DNA from: a virus
Direction: 5' to 3' (one strand)
Length of the DNA stretch: 38,411 nt
IMG/VR virus record: IMGVR_UViG_3300045988_111237
Coordinates: 1 to 38,411 of that record
Part shown: one piece after another, positions 1 to 5,788 of the stretch
How the letters are laid out: the number at the start of each line of letters is the position of its first letter
Numbering within the stretch: position 1 is the first letter of the stretch
Notes under the pieces: generated by a model
What the model was told of the DNA's origin: nothing
What the model saw: only the letters and a program-made list of their open reading frames with translations
Database searches by the model: none
Made by a program: the position numbers and the translations under genes

Positions 1-3
1 TAT

Positions 4-76
4 GCCGATGTGGCTCAATTGGCAGAGCAGCTGATTTGTAATCAGCAGGTTATCGGTTCGAGTCCGATCATCGGCT
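4..76 (+). tRNA. tRNA-Thr (anticodon UGU)
   Basis: Hand-folded cloverleaf: acceptor GCCGATG/CATCGGC, D arm GCTC..GAGC, anticodon stem GCTGA/TCAGC with loop TT-TGT-AA, T arm ATCGG-TTCGAGT-CCGAT. No encoded CCA. Confidence 0.9.
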
Positions 77-93
77 TATCAGTTTAAAAATTT

Positions 94-175
94 GGGCGGA
101 TTCCCGAGTGGCCAAAGGGGACAGACTGTAAATCTGCTGCTTTATGCTTCGGTGGTTCGAATCCACCTCCGCCCA
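94..175 (+). tRNA. tRNA-Tyr (anticodon GUA), type II with long variable arm
   Basis: Acceptor GGGCGGA/TCCGCCC, anticodon loop CT-GTA-AA, long variable arm, T arm GGTGG-TTCGAAT-CCACC. Confidence 0.88.
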
Positions 176-203
176 CTTTTCCTATTTAGGAATAATTTAA
201 TAT

Positions 204-277
204 CGCGGGGTGGAGCAGTCTGGAAGCTCGTCGGGCTCATAACCCGAAGGTCATAGGTTCAAATCCTGTCCCCGCTA
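204..277 (+). tRNA. initiator tRNA-fMet (anticodon CAU)
   Basis: 5' CGCGGGG with position 1 unpaired against position 72. Three consecutive G:C pairs (GGG/CCC) close the anticodon stem. Loop CT-CAT-AA. Layout matches Bacillus-type initiator tRNA. Confidence 0.85.
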
Positions 278-296
278 CTAATTACATAAGATACAT

Positions 297-369
<73 letters not shown>

Positions 370-380
370 TCTTTTTTATT

Positions 381-422
381 CGGCGGAAACCACGTAGAAT
401 CAAGGGGTTTCCGCCGTTTTTT
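381..422 (+). terminator. Rho-independent terminator of the tRNA cluster
   Basis: 11-bp stem CGGCGGAAACC (381-391) / GGTTTCCGCCG (406-416) followed by TTTTTT (417-422). Confidence 0.85.
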
Positions 423-439
423 AATGGTTGAAAATTGCG

Positions 440-460
440 TTACTGCGCATTTACTGCGCA
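440..460. repeat. Tandem direct repeat TTACTGCGCA x2 (440-449, 451-460)
   Basis: Two identical 10-mers separated by 1 nt, lying between the tRNA terminator and the integrase stop codon. Position fits att/arm-type recombinase binding sites. Confidence 0.5.
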
Positions 461-464
461 CTTT

Positions 465-1592
465 TCATGAAAAAAGTTTTATTTGATCAATCTTTCGGTT
501 ATCATTTTCGATAACCTTCTGGGTGACATGGATGTAGATTTTGCTTGTGATCTCACTTTTGCTGTGTCCGAGCCTTCGTGCGATTTCCTCCGGTGTCATG
601 CCGTTTGCTGCCAAGAGGGAAGCATGTGTGTGTCGGAGCATATGAGGAGTGACACGTCTGCCGAGAAGCTTTTCAGATAAATCTCCAAGGTATTTTTCAT
701 AGCTTCGGTGTAATATATGATCTCCTGTCTTTGTATTCGGAATCAACAGCTTTGTTCGGATATTTCTTTCAATCATCATTTCATTTCGCCACAGCATACA
801 TTTTTTCAGTTCTGTGAGAAGATCCGGCTGGATGTGGATTGTACGCTTGGAGTGGTCTGTTTTTGGAGTTGTTACTATGTCATTGATGGAATCGTATGTT
901 TTGGATATGCGTATAGTAAGGTTGCTCATGTCTATGTCAGACACTTCCAGCGCAGATATTTCTCCGAAGCGAAGACCAGTGAGTAAAAGTATAGATGTGA
1001 TATAGTACCAGTTCCAACGATTATCTTCTTTGATTGCAGCGAGTAGGTCCTTTGCTTCGGTTGGTTCCAGATACTTTAATGTGATCTCTTGTTCTTCACA
1101 CGAATCAACAAATGGCTTGAGCTTACTGATCAGCGCCAAGTTGTTGTGATAATCATTTGCATATCCCCAGTTCAGCATGGCTTTGAATCTTGTAATATAA
1201 TTATTTACTGTACTGACCGGTTTCCCGGAATCAAGCAGTCTTGAGTTGACATACTGCGCTGTAAGGTTATTCACGATGGCATCTGGATTAAGCAGATCGA
1301 GAACCGAGGATGTAATGATCTTGTTCCTTCTTACGGTTGACTGCTTGAATGTGAGTGCCTGTGTTTTCAGGTACTCTTTTTGCAGTTGTGAAAGTGTTGT
1401 AGAGCAGTCAACACATTGAAGCTCTGCAATAGCTGCTTCAATCTTTGCAGTCAATTCTCTTTGTGCTTTGTTTCTGTTCTGCACCGAGTCTTTTGGCATT
1501 GAGACGGATGCTATTTCCAGCTTTCCGGTTAATGGGTTTTTGTACCGTGCCCGGTAAACGGCCGTACCATTTTTTTGAATATTACACCACAT
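465..1592 (-). CDS. int: Tyrosine recombinase / phage integrase
   Basis: 375 aa. SAM-like N-terminal domain. Catalytic signature LTGLRFGE (R), HMLRHTHAS (HxxR), GHSKSEITSKIYIHV (H..Y). AAGGAGG RBS at 1598-1606 on the minus strand. Confidence 0.95.
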   Translation of the reverse strand: MWCNIQKNGTAVYRARYKNPLTGKLEIASVSMPKDSVQNRNKAQRELTAKIEAAIAELQCVDCSTTLSQLQKEYLKTQALTFKQSTVRRNKIITSSVLDLLNPDAIVNNLTAQYVNSRLLDSGKPVSTVNNYITRFKAMLNWGYANDYHNNLALISKLKPFVDSCEEQEITLKYLEPTEAKDLLAAIKEDNRWNWYYITSILLLTGLRFGEISALEVSDIDMSNLTIRISKTYDSINDIVTTPKTDHSKRTIHIQPDLLTELKKCMLWRNEMMIERNIRTKLLIPNTKTGDHILHRSYEKYLGDLSEKLLGRRVTPHMLRHTHASLLAANGMTPEEIARRLGHSKSEITSKIYIHVTQKVIENDNRKIDQIKLFS

Positions 1593-1633
1593 AGAAAGAC
1601 CTCCTTTGAAAAATAGGCATAAAAAAATAAGCC

Positions 1634-1662
1634 TATGAAAATGTGAAGGCTTATGGTATAAT
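1634..1662 (+). promoter_or_regulatory. Candidate extended -10 promoter (TGgTATAAT), rightward
   Basis: TG at 1654-1655, TATAAT at 1657-1662. The -35 (TATGAA, 1634-1639) is weak. No + strand ORF follows. Confidence 0.35.
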
Positions 1663-1709
1663 ACAAGTTGCGAATTTGTTATGCATAAGCCTTCGGTTTA
1701 TGGGTGACA

Positions 1710-1746
1710 CCCTCAGGTGTTTCCAGCACCTGGGGGATTTTTATTT
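1710..1746 (+). terminator. Intrinsic terminator oriented for the + strand
   Basis: 10-bp stem CCCTCAGGTG (1710-1719) / CACCTGGGGG (1727-1736) followed by ATTTTTATTT. On the minus strand the hairpin has no T tract. Confidence 0.6.
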
Positions 1747-1752
1747 ATGTAA

Positions 1753-2001
1753 TTATGATGCTTTCCAAGAGTTGCCGCAATTCTGACATATGCATACGGA
1801 TTCGTTCTTGAATGTCGTTTTCTCACCGCCCTTTGATTTCTTCCATACAAGGTTAGACAATCCGAATGTACAAACAGCTGTAATACCTCTTGCGGCATTG
1901 TTCATATGACCACCAACGCCATTCCCTTTTTTCTTTGTTTTTCCCCCAGTCTGAATCATCTGGACGTTAACGTTTTGACTTCCACATTTTGGACAAATCA
2001 T
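1753..2001 (-). CDS. Small zinc-ribbon protein (two CxxC pairs)
   Basis: 82 aa. CPKCGS near the N terminus and CQNCGN near the C terminus. Strong RBS (TTAAGGAGGAAAAAATATG on minus). Confidence 0.65.
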   Translation of the reverse strand: MICPKCGSQNVNVQMIQTGGKTKKKGNGVGGHMNNAARGITAVCTFGLSNLVWKKSKGGEKTTFKNESVCICQNCGNSWKAS

Positions 2002-2028
2002 ATTTTTTCCTCCTTAAAATTGTAAATA

Positions 2029-2313
2029 TCATAAATGCCTTGGTGAGCAATTATGTGCATAATATTCTAAGTGGTCAACGCAAGCATCTCTATTCTCGAA
2101 GTCCAACCGGGTGATGTGGGACAGAGCATGCAAGTAAGCGTCTGTCTGCTGTTCCTGATTGAGTCTTGAATTGATAAAGATTGAGAAACTGCCATCTTCG
2201 TTCGAAGTGACGGTTTCTTTTGCGTTTGCTCCCTTAAAATCAATTAAGTATACAAATACTTCGTTCGTAATATCACCCCCTGCGACTAAGAGCATATCAT
2301 ATCGCAGGTACAA
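2029..2313 (-). CDS. ImmA/IrrE-like (M78-type) domain protein with degenerate HEXXH (HALSH)
   Basis: 88-94 aa (TTG at 2313 or ATG at 2295). FINSRLNQEQQTDAYLHALSHI resembles the ImmA 'IxIN...HElgH' core, but Glu is replaced by Ala. Sits directly downstream of the XRE repressor as in ImmR/ImmA pairs. Confidence 0.55.
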   Translation of the reverse strand: MYLRYDMLLVAGGDITNEVFVYLIDFKGANAKETVTSNEDGSFSIFINSRLNQEQQTDAYLHALSHITRLDFENRDACVDHLEYYAHNCSPRHL

Positions 2314-2323
2314 TAATACGGAC

Positions 2324-2710
2324 TTATTCGCCTTTTTCTTTCTTTTTTAATGCAAGTAGCATAGTATGTACTGTTTGGATGTCTTCCGGAGAAGCATCAC
2401 GTGCAGCATCGAAGAGAAGTGAGAGCTCTTTGTTCTCGAAGATCTCCTGTGCCTTCTTTGCTGTTTCAGGGTCCAAATAGTATGAAGCTTCTCTTTTATC
2501 TTCAATTAAATCGGATTTGTTGATTCCGAAATAATCAGATAATAATTGAACCTTACCCATTCTTGGTATTGCGATGCCTTGACACCATGTATTAAATGTT
2601 TGTGGAGATACCCCAATGGCATCGGCAATTTCTTTTTGTGATTTTCCACATGAATATATATATTTATTCAAATTTCTAGAAAATACACTTTTTTGTTCTT
2701 CATCCGACAT
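2324..2710 (-). CDS. XRE-family HTH repressor (CI-like)
   Basis: 128 aa from the ATG at 2710, preceded by AGGAGG. HTH SQKEIADAIGVSPQTFNTWCQG. The ORF-track N-terminal extension to 2773 has no RBS. Confidence 0.9.
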   Translation of the reverse strand: MSDEEQKSVFSRNLNKYIYSCGKSQKEIADAIGVSPQTFNTWCQGIAIPRMGKVQLLSDYFGINKSDLIEDKREASYYLDPETAKKAQEIFENKELSLLFDAARDASPEDIQTVHTMLLALKKKEKGE

Positions 2711-2740
2711 ATGTAAATACCTCCTGTATTTAATAACTAC

Positions 2741-2769
2741 ATAATACAATACAATTTGATAAATAGCAA
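2741..2769 (-). promoter_or_regulatory. Leftward repressor promoter (TTGCTA-17-TATTAT)
   Basis: Minus-strand -35 at 2764-2769, -10 at 2741-2746, 17-nt spacer. The spacer contains a degenerate operator (2744-2760) whose right half AATTTGAT is exact. Confidence 0.65.
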
Positions 2770-2799
2770 CCAAAAATCAAAAAAAATTTTATTTTAGTA

Positions 2800-2828
2800 T
2801 TGACATCAAATTAAATTTGATTTAGAAT
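2800..2828 (+). promoter_or_regulatory. Rightward early promoter (TTGACA-17-TAGAAT)
   Basis: -35 at 2800-2805, -10 at 2823-2828. The spacer is filled by the 17-bp palindromic operator. Confidence 0.75.
2805..2821. promoter_or_regulatory. Operator O1: perfect palindrome ATCAAATTAAATTTGAT
   Basis: 8-1-8 perfect inverted repeat lying in the PR spacer. Confidence 0.7.
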
Positions 2829-2860
2829 TGAGGTACAAAATGAAGAAAGGAGGCAAACGG

Positions 2861-3061
2861 ATGGAAAAGAAGTTGAGAATCAGTCTTGCTGCCGCAAGGG
2901 TTAATGCCGGACTGTCTCAAGAAGATGTCGCGAAAGCCTTGAATGTCGGAAAACAAACGATTGTAAGCTGGGAGAAGGGAACATCTGAACCAAAGATTTC
3001 GCAGGCATTAAAATTATCGGAACTGTATCATATGCCGATTGATTATATTTTTTTTGCCTAA
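2861..3061 (+). CDS. Cro-like XRE-family HTH protein
   Basis: 66 aa. GGAGG RBS 7 nt upstream. HTH LSQEDVAKALNVGKQTIVSWEKG. Divergent from the repressor. Confidence 0.85.
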   Translation: MEKKLRISLAAARVNAGLSQEDVAKALNVGKQTIVSWEKGTSEPKISQALKLSELYHMPIDYIFFA

Positions 3062-3064
3062 AGA

Positions 3065-3081
3065 ATCAAATTAAATTTGAT
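3065..3081. promoter_or_regulatory. Operator O2: second exact copy of ATCAAATTAAATTTGAT
   Basis: Identical 17-mer 4 nt after the cro stop codon. It forms the left edge of direct-repeat copy A. Confidence 0.6.
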
Positions 3082-3094
3082 AGAAAGGAGAAGC

Positions 3095-3280
3095 ATGAGC
3101 GAGTTAGTATGTGTAATTCTGATTGTGGTTGCTATTAGTCAGTTTGTAAGAGCAGCCGTATATAAGAAATCAACAAAAGCCCTTACGCTGTATCTGAAAG
3201 ATATTGATGCTGTTCCCGATGAGCAGACAATACAGAGATACAGCGAAAAGGCATTGCAGTCATCAAATACCAAGCGTTGA
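3095..3280 (+). CDS. Small N-terminally anchored membrane protein, paralog A
   Basis: 61 aa. AAAGGAGAAGC-ATG RBS. TM segment LVCVILIVVAISQFVRAAVY. 56/61 residues (~92%) identical to the 4340..4525 product. Confidence 0.7.
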   Translation: MSELVCVILIVVAISQFVRAAVYKKSTKALTLYLKDIDAVPDEQTIQRYSEKALQSSNTKR

Positions 3281-3646
3281 TTTAATTAGTGCAGTTATAA
3301 CGCCGGATGATATTTGCGTAAGTGCAGATATAGATGTTGCTCCAATCTTAGATGCTACCGATTTGGTTTTTTTCCATAATTCCGGTTCACGAATGGAATT
3401 AAGGAATTCATGACCTGCAAAGGTAATGTCGTAGATGCTGGTAACAAGTGGAACGCTACCGTCTACGTGAATCACGTTAGCATCGATATATCCGATTTCG
3501 TGAAGCTTTGAAACACAATACTGAATATCTTCGTTTTCATAATCTGGTAGATCAGAAGATAGTTGCTTCATTGTGCATTCGTAGCTGTAAGGGTACGATT
3601 CAAGCTTCAATAAAACAGAGCGGATACAATTATGATTCAGTTCCAT
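3263..3646 (-). CDS. DUF2513/YjcQ-like winged-helix protein
   Basis: 127 aa from the ATG at 3646 (GGGGG RBS). N-terminal IRSVLLKLES...CVSKLHEIGYIDA..FAGHEFL pattern recalled from the YjcQ/DUF2513 family. Amphipathic C-terminal tail. Its 3' end overlaps 3095..3280 by 18 nt. Confidence 0.6.
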   Translation of the reverse strand: MELNHNCIRSVLLKLESYPYSYECTMKQLSSDLPDYENEDIQYCVSKLHEIGYIDANVIHVDGSVPLVTSIYDITFAGHEFLNSIREPELWKKTKSVASKIGATSISALTQISSGVITALIKSTLGI

Positions 3647-3747
3647 TATCAAAATCCCCCTTTCATATATATTGGTGTGGCGCACCTATATGAAGTATAA
3701 GGCGGAATGAGGATGAAAACAAGTTAGAAGAGATAGAAAGGAGAACA

Positions 3748-3981
3748 ATGGGAATCATAAAAAATTTCATCGAAAGCGAGAAAAAACTTCGGCCAATCGC
3801 CAAGAAAATGCGGCGAGAGATGTTTCTGGATGCGAACAAAGGTTTTCAAGAGTTCCATCATGTGACAGATGAAGAGATTCTTTTCTATGAGTACCTGTAT
3901 AAAAGGGAACGCAAATATAGAACAGTAATTCTTATTTTAAGCCTAGTTTGCTTAGGATTATTACTGTCAATATGGACGTAA
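3748..3981 (+). CDS. Small C-terminally anchored membrane protein
   Basis: 77 aa. GAAAGGAGAACA-ATG RBS. C-terminal TM VILILSLVCLGLLLSIW. Confidence 0.55.
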   Translation: MGIIKNFIESEKKLRPIAKKMRREMFLDANKGFQEFHHVTDEEILFYEYLYKRERKYRTVILILSLVCLGLLLSIWT

Positions 3982-4276
3982 CGATTGAAACAACTATAGG
4001 TGTGATAACGGAAGTAAGCACTCGTGAGAAAAATTTTTCCCTGCGATATGTTAGGTAGCGAAGATAATTGCTTGTGACAGAGTACGTTCCATCTGGTATG
4101 GATGAACCAATAATGTCTGTTTTTCCAGAACTGTTTTGGCGGATAAATTTTATATCAGAAAGGTAATATTCGGAATCACCAAAATATTCAGCTTTGGATT
4201 TCTTTCTCATGCGGGTAACAAAAAGCTTATATTTTTCCTTCATACTTAAAGTTATTTTTTCAAAATCGTAAACCAT
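3932..4276 (-). CDS. Tail-anchored membrane protein, unknown function
   Basis: 114 aa from the ATG at 4276 (GGATGGTG RBS). Soluble N-terminal domain and C-terminal TM VLTSVITPIVVSIVTSILTVIIL. Confidence 0.6.
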   Translation of the reverse strand: MVYDFEKITLSMKEKYKLFVTRMRKKSKAEYFGDSEYYLSDIKFIRQNSSGKTDIIGSSIPDGTYSVTSNYLRYLTYRREKFFSRVLTSVITPIVVSIVTSILTVIILSKLGLK

Positions 4277-4302
4277 GTGACACACCATCCTTTTTTGGGA
4301 AT

Positions 4303-4324
4303 AGTGTATCACAAATTTAATTTG
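4303..4324 (-). promoter_or_regulatory. Leftward extended -10 promoter (TGaTACACT) abutting operator variant O3 (CAAATTTAATTTG)
   Basis: Minus-strand TGATACACT corresponds to plus 4303-4311. The 6-1-6 palindrome at 4312-4324 lies in the would-be spacer. The -35 is weak. Confidence 0.4.
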
Positions 4325-4525
4325 ATAGAAAGGAGAAGCATGAGCAAGTTAGTATGTGTAATTCTGATTGTGGTTGCTATCAGTCAGTTTGTAAGAGCAG
4401 CCGCATATAAGAAATCAACAAAAGCCCTTTCGCTGTATCTGAAAGATATTGATGCTGTTCCCGATGAACAGACAATACAGAGATACAGCGAAAAGGCATT
4501 GCATTCATCAAATACCAAACTTTGA
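4308..4525. repeat. Direct repeat copy B (~218 bp)
   Basis: See copy A. Similarity starts at ATCA.. and ends at the ORF stop codon. Confidence 0.9.
4340..4525 (+). CDS. Small N-terminally anchored membrane protein, paralog B
   Basis: 61 aa. Same RBS/leader as paralog A. Confidence 0.7.
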   Translation: MSKLVCVILIVVAISQFVRAAAYKKSTKALSLYLKDIDAVPDEQTIQRYSEKALHSSNTKL

Positions 4526-4539
4526 TGGAAAGGAGAAGC

Positions 4540-4812
4540 ATGGAAGGAAAATCAAAATATGAGGTAATTGCCGAGAAGCTGAAAGATGTAAAAACATTTG
4601 CGGAAGCGAAGGAAATCCTTACAGATGAAGAGATGGTTTATTACTTCATGGATGCGACAGACAATTTGCAGGAAACCCAAGAAGGCGAAGAGCTTGTTAT
4701 CAGAGATATTTTGAAAGCTCTGGGAGCAAAAAAATATTCTGTGAAACATGCTCTATACCTGCTTGATGTGGCAAAAGATGTTTTATCTGTGATTGCCAGA
4801 TTTGATTTTTAG
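4540..4812 (+). CDS. Hypothetical acidic early protein
   Basis: 90 aa. Third copy of the GAAAGGAGAAGC-ATG leader. Confidence 0.6.
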   Translation: MEGKSKYEVIAEKLKDVKTFAEAKEILTDEEMVYYFMDATDNLQETQEGEELVIRDILKALGAKKYSVKHALYLLDVAKDVLSVIARFDF

Positions 4813-4982
4813 AGCATCCATTCTCCAGCATGCTGTTTCTTGATTGTGTTGAAAGCTTCCTTATTCTTCACGTAATCATCAAGGAACTGTTCAGGAGTGG
4901 TTGCAGAAGATGTTTTGACCGTGTAAGCCAGTGCAATGTCTTCCAATTTGGTTAAAGCATCTTTGACAATATCATTTGACAT
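4809..4982 (-). CDS. Small hypothetical protein on leftward transcription unit
   Basis: 57 aa from the ATG at 4982 (GAAGGTGA RBS). Served by the strong minus-strand promoter at 5034-5062. Confidence 0.55.
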   Translation of the reverse strand: MSNDIVKDALTKLEDIALAYTVKTSSATTPEQFLDDYVKNKEAFNTIKKQHAGEWML

Positions 4983-5033
4983 GATTTCACCTTCTTTCAT
5001 ATGTACTGGGCTCTGGCGGGAGCCTGTAAAGGG

Positions 5034-5062
5034 AGTATAGAAGCAGTGAAAAGAATAGTCAA
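5034..5062 (-). promoter_or_regulatory. Strong leftward promoter TTGACT-17-TATACT
   Basis: Minus-strand -35 corresponds to plus 5057-5062 and -10 to plus 5034-5039. Spacer is exactly 17 nt. Confidence 0.65.
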
Positions 5063-5180
5063 GCGGATAACGTATAACGGACAAAAGATGAAATTGCAGA
5101 AAAAATAAAAAAATTATTTGATTTATCGTTTTTTTTTGGCAAACTATCGTTTTACTAAATATACAAGGAGGTTTTAGCAG

Positions 5181-5495
5181 ATGGAGATCACATCAATTAA
5201 GTACATCAGTGCATCACCGTATATGTCGAAAGCACAGATCCAGAAGCTGATGAATGTATCCGCCCGGACGGTCACCAGTCGAATCGCAGAGATTGATCAG
5301 TATGTTCAGAATGGCAGATACGGCGCACATACAATACTGGATGGTTGCGGTGTGACATATGTGAATTATCTCGCTTTTATCGATTTCTTGAAATATAGGA
5401 AGGACTTAAAAGCTGGACGTAGAGTGCCGCCGTACAATCCGAAGCGTATAGCGGAACAGATCGCATGGGGCACACTTGCCACGGAAAATCAGTAA
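5181..5495 (+). CDS. HTH DNA-binding protein (possible excisionase or early regulator)
   Basis: 104 aa. AAGGAGG RBS. YMSKAQIQKLMNVSARTVTSRI HTH-like segment. Confidence 0.55.
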   Translation: MEITSIKYISASPYMSKAQIQKLMNVSARTVTSRIAEIDQYVQNGRYGAHTILDGCGVTYVNYLAFIDFLKYRKDLKAGRRVPPYNPKRIAEQIAWGTLATENQ

Positions 5496-5520
5496 TGACA
5501 AGCAGAGAGGAAGAAAGAGG

Positions 5521-5784
5521 ATGAGCAATAACATGATTATATGGTCCTATCGGCTGGCAACGTTCGCCATGGTCGAAGGTGCGGTGCTGTTATGGATTGG
5601 TATGGTCTATGGATTTTGGATGATGATTGCAGCGGTGGTCTATAAGGAGCTGATCGAATATGCCAACGATGATGATATGGACCATGCAATCAAGATCTAC
5701 AAAAAAAGCACCCTTGGGACGGCCATCCCGCAGGTGCAAATAACAAATAACTCAGTAAAGAGTATAGCACGGAAGGGAGCGTGA
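5521..5784 (+). CDS. Small membrane protein
   Basis: 87 aa. Two hydrophobic helices (LATFAMVEGAVLLWIGMVYGFWMMIAAVVY). Confidence 0.55.
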   Translation: MSNNMIIWSYRLATFAMVEGAVLLWIGMVYGFWMMIAAVVYKELIEYANDDDMDHAIKIYKKSTLGTAIPQVQITNNSVKSIARKGA

Positions 5785-5788
5785 ATCA

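Larger units (their letters stand above)
3065..3280. repeat. Direct repeat copy A (~216 bp)
   Basis: Aligns base-for-base with 4308-4525. I count about 8 mismatches over the 186-nt ORF portion. Confidence 0.9.

Noticed and set aside
1713-1898. 61-aa minus-strand ORF overlapping the Zn-ribbon gene
   Set aside because: It is a different frame of the same strand as 1753..2001, which has the strong RBS and paired CxxC motifs. This ORF would also run through the terminator hairpin.
2711-2773. N-terminal extensions proposed by the ORF track (for example 2324..2773, 15484..15753, 9584.., 11056.., 37401..)
   Set aside because: In each case an internal ATG has a proper Shine-Dalgarno at 5-10 nt, whereas the extended start has none or crosses a promoter or terminator.
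5085-5180. Possible rightward promoter and TATCGTTTT direct repeats upstream of 5181
   Set aside because: The candidate -35/-10 pairs have 11-14-nt spacers. This is not convincing enough to annotate.
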